Shown: piece after piece, positions 45,537 through 54,202 of the stretch | Layout: each line of letters opens with the position of its first letter | Position numbering within the stretch: position 1 is the stretch's first letter | Assembly (NCBI RefSeq): GCF_003018115.1 | Contig: NZ_CP027457.1 | DNA length: 64,000 nucleotides | DNA from: Escherichia coli | GTDB taxonomy: Bacteria > Pseudomonadota > Gammaproteobacteria > Enterobacterales > Enterobacteriaceae | Direction: 5' to 3' (one strand) | The notes under the pieces: model-generated | The model's database searches: none | What the model was told of the DNA's origin: nothing | The model's input: the letters and a program-made list of their open reading frames with translations, nothing else | Translations under genes and position numbers: made by a program

Positions 45537-45577
45537 GCTCTTTAACATTGATGGGATTGTCCCGCCGAAATGCGGGA
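45537..45577 (+). promoter_or_regulatory. nutL (boxA GCTCTTTAACA, boxB TCCCGCCGAAATGCGGGA)
   Basis: boxA closely matching the rrn-type consensus followed by a hairpin, between pL and N. Confidence 0.6.
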
Positions 45578-45684
45578 ACCAAAGAGTAGTTGGCTTTGGG
45601 GTGACGTGAAGTGCAGCTGCACGACGGCAACCGGAAGATAAGCACCCGGCGCGTCACCGCCAAAGTCAATCATCGGAGGTCAAC

Positions 45685-45990
45685 ATGACAGTAGTCATTA
45701 CATATCTGGCTGACGATAACGCCAGAAATCGCCGCAGAGCACGCAGACAGGCTCAACGTGAACAGGCAATGCAAGAGCAGCGACTGGCGCGAAAAATTGC
45801 GCTAAAGCTCTCTGGTTGCGTCAGGGCAGACAAAGCAGCATCACTCGGAAGCCTTCGCTGCCAGAAGGCAGAAGAAGTCGAGCGTAAACAGAACCGTATT
45901 TACTACCGCAAGCCACGCAGTGAAATGGGTGTGACATGCTCAGGCCGCCAGAAGCAACGCGGAAAATCAATTCCAGCTTATTACGATTGA
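45685..45990 (+). CDS. N: N antitermination protein
   Basis: Arginine-rich motif NARNRRRARRQAQRE near the N-terminus; C-terminus ...GVTCSGRQKQRGKSIP resembles lambda N. Confidence 0.8.
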   Translation: MTVVITYLADDNARNRRRARRQAQREQAMQEQRLARKIALKLSGCVRADKAASLGSLRCQKAEEVERKQNRIYYRKPRSEMGVTCSGRQKQRGKSIPAYYD

Positions 45991-45998
45991 GGTTAATG

Positions 45999-46265
45999 AT
46001 GAAATTCAAATTGAACGATGAAGTTAAATGGTCTAGCTCATCAAACGGTGTAACGAAGGTAAAAATCGGGTTTATCGTTGAGGTGATTCCTCCTGGTGTC
46101 AACGTAAAAAAATTCGAACTAGGCCGTCTGCTAGATGCACCTGGCCTTCCGAGGAAAGAAGAGAGCTATATAGTTTGTGTAGGTCCAAGACCAGGATCTC
46201 GTGCCAAGCCAAAATATTACTGGCCGCGAGTTAATAACCTGCGTCGCTTACACGATGACAAATAG
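45999..46265 (+). CDS. Hypothetical early protein
   Basis: About 88-aa ORF immediately after N. Confidence 0.4.
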   Translation: MKFKLNDEVKWSSSSNGVTKVKIGFIVEVIPPGVNVKKFELGRLLDAPGLPRKEESYIVCVGPRPGSRAKPKYYWPRVNNLRRLHDDK

Positions 46266-46320
46266 AAGTGAGTATCCTTGTTTTACTTTTTCGCAGCAAA
46301 CCACTTATTTGAGGTGAGAT

Positions 46321-46572
46321 ATGGAATTTCATGAAAGTGCGATTTGTGATTTTCGCGCTAACGCAAATTCAGTAAAACCACAGCCAATTGCAGTTCTTTT
46401 TAAAACAATGGGTGCGTGGGCTGTTTTATGCTTCGCCGCTGATGACACTGACGCAAGAATGGCAATAGGCCAAGAGATGGAGATGGACCCGACAAACGAT
46501 GAATTCATAATTTATGGCGCTCCATCTAATTACTTACTTGATACCTGCAACATTTACAACAAGGCTGCCTGA
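46321..46572 (+). CDS. Hypothetical early protein
   Basis: 83-aa ORF. Confidence 0.4.
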   Translation: MEFHESAICDFRANANSVKPQPIAVLFKTMGAWAVLCFAADDTDARMAIGQEMEMDPTNDEFIIYGAPSNYLLDTCNIYNKAA

Positions 46573-46611
46573 TGGTGGCCTTTATTTTTGGCATAAACAA
46601 CAGAGGCTAAC

Positions 46612-46908
46612 ATGGAATTTAAAGGTACTAAAGGTAAGTGGGAAATAATGATTGATGGCGATGAGATTAAAATCATCCAGGCAGACTCACTTGAAAATGG
46701 CGCAGGCTGGCGTTCGTATATTGCAATCTGTGAGGAAGTTCAATGCATTGAAGATGCCAATCTAATAGCGGCAGCGCCTGACCTTCTCGAAGCACTTCAG
46801 TTATTACTTAAGCAAACCAAAAATAGAACAACGACAACATATCCAGAATGGTATGGAGCTGTTAATAAAGGTATCGCAGCAATCAGAAAAGCTCTTGGGG
46901 ATAAGTAA
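46612..46908 (+). CDS. Hypothetical early protein
   Basis: 98-aa ORF. Confidence 0.4.
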   Translation: MEFKGTKGKWEIMIDGDEIKIIQADSLENGAGWRSYIAICEEVQCIEDANLIAAAPDLLEALQLLLKQTKNRTTTTYPEWYGAVNKGIAAIRKALGDK

Positions 46909-47096
46909 TGAAAGTAAAAATAACTGCTTCTAATACCAGTTTTGTTAGTGTTGGTGATATTACAGAAGTAATAACAAACCATGATGGAACACAAGTTATG
47001 TGGTCTGATTTTTGTAAAAGATATGAGCGAGTCACTTGGTGTAAACTCGTATGGGGAGTCGAATACGAAGAATTACCTGAAATGCATGACGAATAA
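46908..47096 (+). CDS. Hypothetical early protein
   Basis: 62-aa ORF translationally coupled to the preceding gene. Confidence 0.35.
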   Translation: MKVKITASNTSFVSVGDITEVITNHDGTQVMWSDFCKRYERVTWCKLVWGVEYEELPEMHDE

Positions 47097-47281
47097 GCAC
47101 TGTGTATTCATTCCAACGAGTGAATACACGGAGCAATGTTGCTCGTAACTAAACAGGAGCCGACTTGTTCTGATTATTGGAAATCTTCTTTGCCCTCCAG
47201 TGTGAGGGCTTTTTTATATGCATACCAATAACGCTTCACTCGAGGCGTTTTCGTTATGCAATCAAACAGAAGGAGCATCCT

Positions 47282-47452
47282 ATGCAACAGTTCGCTATTG
47301 CAGGGGCGGCATCGGTTCGCCCTTTCAACCCGATTTTATCGGTACAGCATTCACGAAAAAACATTCTAACCGGAGCAGACTTTAAACAACCAAGAATGAA
47401 AAGTTTGCTCGAAAAGCTTTGGGATATTTTGAAACAACAAGGCCGCCCATGA
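47282..47452 (+). CDS. cIII: CIII-like protein (FtsH inhibitor)
   Basis: Translation MQQFAIAGAASVRPF...KSLLEKLWDILKQQGRP resembles lambda CIII; AAGGAG RBS. Confidence 0.7.
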   Translation: MQQFAIAGAASVRPFNPILSVQHSRKNILTGADFKQPRMKSLLEKLWDILKQQGRP

Positions 47453-47533
47453 GTTTTACAGATAGCTGGTCAGACGAAGAATTCATTCGTCAGATGAACA
47501 AAATGCTCAATCAGCACAAAGAACAGGAGAAAG

Positions 47534-47845
47534 ATGATGATTCTGACTCTGAATGATAAGCGTGAAATATCGCAAATAATCGCAAGTTTTACTGATGAAG
47601 ATTACGAACGAATCAACAGTGAAGTTGATCGCCTCTGCAAACGTTGCGACCCAATAAGCGAAATGCTTCGATCATATAAACCAGATGAACACACTAAGGA
47701 CGCTATCGACTGGCTGGAAGATGATGACTGTAACTATCAGGAAAAAGCCGCTGAATGGTTCTGGGATGCAATAACCGAAAGAGTTAAGGCTGAATATGCC
47801 TTCGCAATATTCAAACGCAGACATATTTATGGAGAAGCTGCATGA
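47534..47845 (+). CDS. Hypothetical protein upstream of recT (possible Abc2/Kil-like function)
   Basis: 103-aa acidic ORF; position analogous to anti-RecBCD/kil genes in P22 and lambda; no direct motif evidence. Confidence 0.4.
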   Translation: MMILTLNDKREISQIIASFTDEDYERINSEVDRLCKRCDPISEMLRSYKPDEHTKDAIDWLEDDDCNYQEKAAEWFWDAITERVKAEYAFAIFKRRHIYGEAA

Positions 47846-48744
47846 GCAATATCGTTGAATTCGTTAAACAGCAAGAGCAGTTATTCTGCGGAGCATTGAC
47901 TGAACAGACGGTGACATGGGCTAAGGAAAGCCAGTTTGCAATTCAGTATTTCCAGAAAAACGATTACCTGGCTAAAACAGCACTGGCAAATCCAACCAGC
48001 GCACAGAACGCCATCATCAATGTTGCGGCGATCGGCATCACCTTAAACCCGGCCAGCAAACTGGCTTATCTGGTTCCTCGCGACGGCATGGTGTGCCTTG
48101 ATATCAGTTACATGGGATTACTTCATCTTGCGCAATCGACAGGATCAATTAAGTGGGGGCAATGCAAACTGGTGTACTCAAACGACACCTATGAATCAAA
48201 TGGCCTTGATTCAGCACCAACCCACAAATACAACGCATTTGGTGAGCGAGGCTCTATTGTTGGAGGTTATTGCACGGTTAAAACAGCAGATGGTGACTAC
48301 CTGACTGAAGAAATGAGTCTGGCAGAAATTAAAGCTGTGGAAGCAACGAGCAAGGCAAAGAATGGACCGTGGAAAACATTCTGGGAAGAGATGGCGCGTA
48401 AAACAATAGTTAAACGCGCCAGCAAATACTGGCCTAAAGCCCAGCGACTGGATAATGCCATTCACCTGCTTAACGAAGATGAAGGTGTGCATCAGGAACC
48501 AGTTATGCCGCACAAATCAGAGGAAGATATCCGCGAAGATGAACGGAAACGCCAGCAGGAAATAATGGATAAAGCACAACTTCTTTGCGATGAAATGTCT
48601 CAGGCAGAAAACATGGATGATTTGAAGCGATATTTTGCAGAAGCATATCGCCTGACATCTGGAATGAAATTGCAGCAGAACGTACAAGCCATTTACATAG
48701 AATGCAAAGCGAAACTGGAGGTTGCCAGTGAGCAAACTGTATGA
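47842..48744 (+). CDS. recT: RecT-family single-strand annealing protein
   Basis: 300 aa; ...NGPWKTFWEEMARKTIVKRASKYWP... matches the RecT family signature region. Confidence 0.8.
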   Translation: MSNIVEFVKQQEQLFCGALTEQTVTWAKESQFAIQYFQKNDYLAKTALANPTSAQNAIINVAAIGITLNPASKLAYLVPRDGMVCLDISYMGLLHLAQSTGSIKWGQCKLVYSNDTYESNGLDSAPTHKYNAFGERGSIVGGYCTVKTADGDYLTEEMSLAEIKAVEATSKAKNGPWKTFWEEMARKTIVKRASKYWPKAQRLDNAIHLLNEDEGVHQEPVMPHKSEEDIREDERKRQQEIMDKAQLLCDEMSQAENMDDLKRYFAEAYRLTSGMKLQQNVQAIYIECKAKLEVASEQTV

Positions 48745-49210
48745 AATAGCCAATGAATACGCAAAGCTGATGGATTCAGATTTAGAGCCAGAGATGATTG
48801 CTGACACAATAGAAGGCATGGAAGGAGAATTTACCGATAAAATAGAGCAACTTCTCGCCATTATTAAAAATGAATCTGGTTATGCTGAACGCCTCAAGGA
48901 AGAGGCAAAGTCACTAAATGAGAGAGCCGCAGTAATTCAAAATAAGATTGACAGCATTATGGCGTATATAGCGTCATCGCTTGAAATGGTTGGCAAGAAA
49001 AAGATTCGAGCAGGTATTCACCAGGTAACAATCCGCAAACCGTCAGAAACTGTAGAAATCATCGACTCAAGCGCCCTTCCTCCTGAATACGTTGAATTTG
49101 AAACGACAATTAAAGCCGACAAACTGGCAATCAAACACCAACTAAAAGCAGGAATAAATATCCCCGGCGCTCAACTCAAAGTTGGGAAACCTTCACTTCT
49201 TATCAAATAA
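48728..49210 (+). CDS. Siphovirus Gp157-like protein
   Basis: About 160 aa, (M)SKLYEIANEYAKL... coiled-coil-rich; typical partner of recT modules; probable GTG start. Confidence 0.45.
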   Translation: MSKLYEIANEYAKLMDSDLEPEMIADTIEGMEGEFTDKIEQLLAIIKNESGYAERLKEEAKSLNERAAVIQNKIDSIMAYIASSLEMVGKKKIRAGIHQVTIRKPSETVEIIDSSALPPEYVEFETTIKADKLAIKHQLKAGINIPGAQLKVGKPSLLIK

Positions 49211-49221
49211 CGGTATCGCCT

Positions 49222-49536
49222 ATGAAAAAGACTCCATGGGAGAAATGGGAAGTCGATTTCTTGCGCGAAGTGGCGGCGACAATGCCAGTTGAAGTTATCG
49301 CTGAAAAACTGGAAAGGACTGAAAAAGCAGTAATGGCGAAAGCAACAAGGATTGGAGCTGACATTGTTAGCCGACTTCGTGGAAGACGCTGGACAAGAGC
49401 CGAAGTATCACTTTTCGGTAAGTTCTCCGCAGAAGAAATAGCAATTGCAACCTGCCGCTCAATTTATTCAGTAAGAGCTATGAGATACAAGCTAAAAAAA
49501 CTCGATGAAGAAAGAGCAGGCATACGAATAAATTAA
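49222..49536 (+). CDS. Hypothetical protein
   Basis: 104-aa ORF. Confidence 0.4.
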   Translation: MKKTPWEKWEVDFLREVAATMPVEVIAEKLERTEKAVMAKATRIGADIVSRLRGRRWTRAEVSLFGKFSAEEIAIATCRSIYSVRAMRYKLKKLDEERAGIRIN

Positions 49537-49552
49537 CATGGAGTAATTAACA

Positions 49553-49834
49553 ATGAAGCTAAACATAGACCTAGGCAAATATGTTATTACAGGAACCAAA
49601 CACGACCTGATTCTTAGTGAAAGAGGAATTATCAAAGAAGGTGAGAATGCAGGGAAAGAAACACTAAGCCGTATCGGTTATTACAGCAAGTTTGAGCATC
49701 TGGTTAAAGAGTTATGTAACCGTGAAATCCTGTTATCTCAGGCGCAGACGCTACAGGATATTCAGCAGCATATCGAAACTTTAGGTATGTCACTTAGCAT
49801 GGCTATTGACCAGTTCGTGGAGAGTAAATCATGA
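49553..49834 (+). CDS. Hypothetical protein
   Basis: 93-aa ORF. Confidence 0.4.
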   Translation: MKLNIDLGKYVITGTKHDLILSERGIIKEGENAGKETLSRIGYYSKFEHLVKELCNREILLSQAQTLQDIQQHIETLGMSLSMAIDQFVESKS

Positions 49835-49991
49835 GAGGACTTGCATACAATCCCGGCATTCTTCCGGCAGAAATGATTATTCGCCAACGCGTAAAACCAA
49901 TGCCATCGAGAGAGGAATTGCTTAAGAGAAATTCTTTTCCATCAGTGAATCAAAACAAATATCTGAATGCTATGTGGCGGAGTGGGAAGAA

Positions 49992-50468
49992 ATGAAACTA
50001 ATGTCACTAATTGAGATGGATGGTTTTCTGAAAGGTAAATGCATCCCACGAGATTTAAAGGTTAACGAAACAAACGCTGAATATCTGGTGCGTAAGTTCG
50101 GTGAGCTTGAATCAAAACTGGAAACGGCGTTGCGGGAGTGTCGTTCTGCTGGAATCACGATTGATAACCTTGAGGCTAAATGCGCGAAGATGGCTGCTGA
50201 AAATACCTCGCTTAAGCAATCTGAGAAGGAATTTAATGACTTTTGTCGTGAGGAGTTTAGCGAATGGGAAGATGATGTTACTGAACCCCAAGCCACCGAT
50301 GCTTTCCTGGCTGAAGTCCGGGCTAAGGCGTTTGATGACCTTTGCGCGGCGTTCGTTAAGCACGCGTCGGTGTCCGGGCTGGACGATGGCGACTGCGTTA
50401 CGGTGAAAGAGGCGACTGACGCCCTGCTGCATTGTGCGGAACAGCTTCACGAGGGAGTGCATTCATGA
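49992..50468 (+). CDS. Hypothetical coiled-coil protein
   Basis: About 158-aa ORF from [16 protein letters not shown]... Confidence 0.4.
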   Translation: MKLMSLIEMDGFLKGKCIPRDLKVNETNAEYLVRKFGELESKLETALRECRSAGITIDNLEAKCAKMAAENTSLKQSEKEFNDFCREEFSEWEDDVTEPQATDAFLAEVRAKAFDDLCAAFVKHASVSGLDDGDCVTVKEATDALLHCAEQLHEGVHS

Positions 50469-50707
50469 GCAACCTACTACCATGTCCATTCTGTGGCGGC
50501 GCAGCGCACGTTGCCAGCGAAGCAGATCACCCTGAATATGGCTCTGGCGGTCGATTCTATTTCGTTCGATGCGGTACGTGTCGCGCTCAATCTGGTAGCA
50601 AATATGCAGCGCCTGGAAATGACTGCGCGATTTTTTATTCAGAGGTTAGAGCAGAGTGGAATCAGCGAGCAAAGGAGGCAACCAGTGAGCGGAAAAAGAA
50701 TGACTAA
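50465..50707 (+). CDS. lar: Lar-family restriction alleviation protein
   Basis: Translation [16 protein letters not shown]...FVRCGTCRAQ... with the CPFCGG zinc motif typical of Lar. Confidence 0.65.
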   Translation: MSNLLPCPFCGGAAHVASEADHPEYGSGGRFYFVRCGTCRAQSGSKYAAPGNDCAIFYSEVRAEWNQRAKEATSERKKND

Positions 50708-50909
50708 CAGAGAGCTTGTTGATGCCGCCATTAAGCTTGCTGGTGATTTTTATTCAATGATGGGGTACACGCATCGCCCAGGCTTCAAATATTGGGAGTC
50801 TCCGCACCCGCAAGAGCAACTGGTATTTCAAATGGCCTGCCGTGCTTTTGAGGTTATTCGCGGTTCTGATGTGATGGACGCCGTTGCCGACTTGGAGGAT
50901 GAAGAGTGA
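50700..50909 (+). CDS. Hypothetical protein
   Basis: About 69-aa ORF MTNRELVDAAIKLAGDFYSMMGY...; start approximate. Confidence 0.35.
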   Translation: MTNRELVDAAIKLAGDFYSMMGYTHRPGFKYWESPHPQEQLVFQMACRAFEVIRGSDVMDAVADLEDEE

Positions 50910-51358
50910 GCAAGATTGACTATCAGGCACTGCGTGAAAAGGCAGAGAAAGCAACGTGTGGGGTGTGGTCGCTCGAATATGGAGAGGAGAGATTTGATGC
51001 TGATGATGCGCTAATTCATCGTGAAGTTGTTGGATATCTTCCCATTTGCAGAATTGAAGGAGCGCATCCAGAAAGCGGTTTCGATGAAGATTTCCAAATG
51101 GAACAGCAGGCCAATGCTGAATTCATCGCCGCAGCCAATCCAGCTACCGTGCTGGCGCTGCTGGATGAGCTGGAAGCCAAAGACAAGCGGATTGCTGACA
51201 TGGAGGCGCGGGAGGTTGTACTGCCGCGTGCGCACGATGTTCACCCATTAGGGCCGCAGGCGGCGAAAATTTTTTGTGAGTTTCACCGGAGTATCGTGAA
51301 CAGATGCGCCGATGAGATTCGCAAGGTTGGCATCAAAGTCAGCATCAAGGGGAATTAG
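50906..51358 (+). CDS. Ead/Ea22-like protein
   Basis: 150 aa; ...QANAEFIAAANPATVLALLDELEAKDKRIADMEA... typical of Ea22-family early proteins. Confidence 0.55.
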   Translation: MSKIDYQALREKAEKATCGVWSLEYGEERFDADDALIHREVVGYLPICRIEGAHPESGFDEDFQMEQQANAEFIAAANPATVLALLDELEAKDKRIADMEAREVVLPRAHDVHPLGPQAAKIFCEFHRSIVNRCADEIRKVGIKVSIKGN

Positions 51359-51362
51359 GGAT

Positions 51363-51896
51363 ATGGCTGAACTAACCAAAGAATGGCTGAAGCAAACTAT
51401 CGCTGAATACGAAGCCAATCGTGATGAATTACCGTTTGGACTGGATACCAACAGTGCCATTGGGCTTCAGGCGTTCAAGTTGGCGCTGGCATCGCTGGAA
51501 GCAGAGCCGGTGGCGTGGGAGGTAACCTTCACGCAAATTGACCGTGAATATAACACGTTCACTGGTATGTATCCTGACAAAGCAGAAGTCGAACGGTGGG
51601 TGCGTCTGCATAAAGCATGTAATTTTCGGGCAGATATAACACCGCTTTATACCGCCAAGCCAGTGCCGGTAACTCCGGATGGTTGGATAAGCTGTAGTGA
51701 GCGAATGCCGGAAAAGAATCAGAACGTGCTTATTTCGGTGAATTTCGATAGCTCTCTGGTTGAACCGCTAATATGCTCCGCACGCTATACAGGAAGCACA
51801 TTCCGGCGAGGGGAAGCAACGATTAAGCCGGGTAATGGTATTGAGCAGGCAACTCACTGGATGCCGCTACCAGAACCGCCGCAGGAGGCGAAATGA
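51363..51896 (+). CDS. DUF551 domain protein
   Basis: C-terminal ...WISCSERMPEKNQNVLI...THWMPLPEPP resembles DUF551. Confidence 0.5.
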   Translation: MAELTKEWLKQTIAEYEANRDELPFGLDTNSAIGLQAFKLALASLEAEPVAWEVTFTQIDREYNTFTGMYPDKAEVERWVRLHKACNFRADITPLYTAKPVPVTPDGWISCSERMPEKNQNVLISVNFDSSLVEPLICSARYTGSTFRRGEATIKPGNGIEQATHWMPLPEPPQEAK

Positions 51897-52153
51897 TGGA
51901 TGTAAAAGAGAAGGTTTTGCAGGTGATGCGTTCCCGGGCTGCCCTGCAAGATAAAGCTCTCGGCGGGGAATATCAATTCAGGATGGCAACCTGGAATCTG
52001 CGGTTGGCAATGGAGAAGGAATTTCCTGATGAAGAATGGCGTTCGGCAGATTTGCGCAAAATTCTTATGGAGCTGGCTAAAGACGGAGCAGTATCCAAAG
52101 ATACCTATGCCAGCCGGATTGGTCAGGCGGTATGGAGACTGGAGGTGCGGTAA
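51893..52153 (+). CDS. Hypothetical protein
   Basis: 86-aa ORF. Confidence 0.4.
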   Translation: MMDVKEKVLQVMRSRAALQDKALGGEYQFRMATWNLRLAMEKEFPDEEWRSADLRKILMELAKDGAVSKDTYASRIGQAVWRLEVR

Positions 52154-52247
52154 TGGCTAACCTGCAACTTGCCGTCAAAGGTGAATAACAATCCTCGCAC
52201 TCGCGGGGATTTCTTTTATCTGAACTCGCTATGGCGGGTTTTGTTTT

Positions 52248-52559
52248 ATGGAGATGATTATGGCCTATTCAACATTCAACCCTTTAACGTTACAGAAATA
52301 CCAGACAGACCCTGAAGATTTATGCTCACTGTGTGGCGGAAATCATGGTAAAGCAGCCATGATCGAATGTAAGGACAAAATCCACATTTGCCTTAATTGC
52401 GTTGATGTCCTCGTTGATATCAAAAATGAAAGAGAAGATAAAAAGCGTAGCGAGGCTATTCGCGCCTTAGATTCATGGATGCGAGATGGGTATAGTGCTG
52501 CGCAAATTTATGACTTAGCCATTTCAAAAGGCGAAATACCAGGTGTGCGAATCGAATAA
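52248..52559 (+). CDS. Hypothetical cysteine-containing protein
   Basis: 103-aa ORF with CxxC...CxxC. Confidence 0.4.
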   Translation: MEMIMAYSTFNPLTLQKYQTDPEDLCSLCGGNHGKAAMIECKDKIHICLNCVDVLVDIKNEREDKKRSEAIRALDSWMRDGYSAAQIYDLAISKGEIPGVRIE

Positions 52560-52594
52560 GAAGCGCACTCAAGCATCTTTTGGAGAAATCACAA

Positions 52595-52762
52595 ATGCAC
52601 TTCCGAGTCACAGGTGAATGGAATGGAGAGCCATTCAACAGAGTTATCGAAGCAGAGAACATCAATGACTGCTATGACCACTGGATGATATGGGCGCAGA
52701 TAGCACATGCAGAAGTAACCAATATTCGAATTGAAGAACTGAAAGAACACCAAGCCGCCTGA
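52595..52762 (+). CDS. Hypothetical small protein
   Basis: 55-aa ORF MHFRVTGEWNGEPF... with GGAG RBS. Confidence 0.35.
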   Translation: MHFRVTGEWNGEPFNRVIEAENINDCYDHWMIWAQIAHAEVTNIRIEELKEHQAA

Positions 52763-52801
52763 TGGCGGTTTTTTCTTGCGTGTAATTGCGGAGACTTTGC
52801 G

Positions 52802-53020
52802 ATGTACTTGACACTTCAGGAGTGGAACGCACGCCAGCGACGCCCAAGAAGCCTTGAAACAGTTCGTCGATGGGTGCGCGAATGCAGGATATTCCCACCA
52901 CCGGTTAAGGATGGAAGAGAGTATCTGTTCCACGAATCAGCGGTAAAGGTTGACTTAAATCGACCAGTAACAGGTAGCCTTTTGAAGAGGATCAGAAATG
53001 GGAAGAAGGCGAAGTCATGA
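52802..53020 (+). CDS. xis: Excisionase Xis (lambda-type)
   Basis: 72-aa translation MYLTLQEWNARQRRPRSLETVRRWVRECRIFPPPVKDGREYLFHESAVKVDL... matches lambda Xis. Confidence 0.95.
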   Translation: MYLTLQEWNARQRRPRSLETVRRWVRECRIFPPPVKDGREYLFHESAVKVDLNRPVTGSLLKRIRNGKKAKS

Positions 53021-54068
53021 GCGCCGGGATTTACCCCCTAACCTTTATATAAGAAACAATGGATATTACTGCTACAGGGACCCAAGGACGGGTAAAGAGT
53101 TCGGATTAGGCAGAGACAGGAGGATAGCAATCACTGAAGCTATACAGGCCAACATTGAGTTATTTTCAGGACACAAACACAAGCCTCTGACAGCGAGAAT
53201 CAACAGTGATAATTCTGTTACGTTACATTCATGGCTTGATCGCTACGAAAAAATCCTCGCCAGCAGAGGAATCAAGCAGAAGACACTCATAAATTACATG
53301 AGCAAAATTAAAGCAATAAGGAGGGGGCTGCCTGATGTTCCACTTGAAGACATCACCACAAAAGAAATTGCGGCAATGCTCAATGGATACATAGACGAGG
53401 GCAAGGCGGCATCAGCCAAGTTAATCAGATCAACACTGAGCGATGCATTCCGAGAGGCTATAGCTGAAGGCCATATAACAACAAACCCGGTCGCTGCTAC
53501 TCGCGCAGCAAAATCAGAGGTAAGGAGATCAAGGCTTACGGCTGACGAATACCTGAAAATTTATCAAGCAGCAGAATCATCACCATGTTGGTTAAGACTT
53601 GCAATGGAACTGGCTGTTGTTACCGGACAGCGAGTTGGTGATTTATGCGAAATGAAGTGGTCTGATATCGTAGATGGATATCTTTATGTCGAGCAAAGCA
53701 AAACAGGCGTAAAAATTGCCATCCCAACAGCATTGCATGTTGATGCTCTCGGAATATCAATGAAGGAAACACTTGATAAATGCAAAGAGATTCTTGGCGG
53801 AGAAACCATAATTGCATCTACTCGTCGTGAACCGCTTTCATCCGGCACAGTATCAAGGTATTTTATGCGCGCACGAAAAGCATCAGGTCTTTCCTTCGAA
53901 GGGGATCCGCCTACCTTTCACGAGTTGCGCAGTTTGTCTGCAAGACTCTATGAGAAGCAGATAAGCGATAAGTTTGCTCAACATCTTCTCGGGCATAAGT
54001 CGGACACCATGGCATCACAGTATCGTGATGACAGAGGCAGGGAGTGGGACAAAATTGAAATCAAATAA
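52998..54068 (+). CDS. int: Integrase Int (tyrosine recombinase, lambda-type)
   Basis: 356-aa translation MGRRRSHERRDLPPNLYIRNNGYYCYRDPRTGKEFGLGRDRRIAITEAIQANIELF... matches lambda Int. Confidence 0.97.
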   Translation: MGRRRSHERRDLPPNLYIRNNGYYCYRDPRTGKEFGLGRDRRIAITEAIQANIELFSGHKHKPLTARINSDNSVTLHSWLDRYEKILASRGIKQKTLINYMSKIKAIRRGLPDVPLEDITTKEIAAMLNGYIDEGKAASAKLIRSTLSDAFREAIAEGHITTNPVAATRAAKSEVRRSRLTADEYLKIYQAAESSPCWLRLAMELAVVTGQRVGDLCEMKWSDIVDGYLYVEQSKTGVKIAIPTALHVDALGISMKETLDKCKEILGGETIIASTRREPLSSGTVSRYFMRARKASGLSFEGDPPTFHELRSLSARLYEKQISDKFAQHLLGHKSDTMASQYRDDRGREWDKIEIK

Positions 54069-54141
54069 TGATTTTATTTTGACTGATAGTGACCTGTTCG
54101 TTGCAACAAATTGATAAGCAATGCTTTTTTATAATGCCAAC

Positions 54142-54156
54142 TTAGTATAAAAAAGC
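54142..54156. repeat. attL: Prophage attachment site core, attL (B-O-P' read on the minus strand)
   Basis: 15-bp lambda core (as reverse complement) with lambda-like P' arm between core and int and bacterial arm on the ybhC side. Confidence 0.85.
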
Positions 54157-54202
54157 AGGCTTCAACGGATTCATTTTTCTATTTCATAGCCCGGAGCAAC
54201 CT

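Larger units (their letters stand above)
15230..54156. mobile_element. Mosaic lambdoid / P22-like prophage integrated at attB(lambda), about 38.9 kb
   Basis: Flanked by direct 15-bp att cores; contains int/xis, immunity, replication, nin, Q, lysis and P22-like virion genes; interrupts the ybhB-ybhC intergenic region. Confidence 0.9.

Noticed and set aside
54121-54140. Second near-copy of the att core (ATGCTTTTTTATAATGCC) next to attL
   Set aside because: Part of the lambda P' arm, which naturally contains an inverted partial repeat of the core; not a second attachment site.
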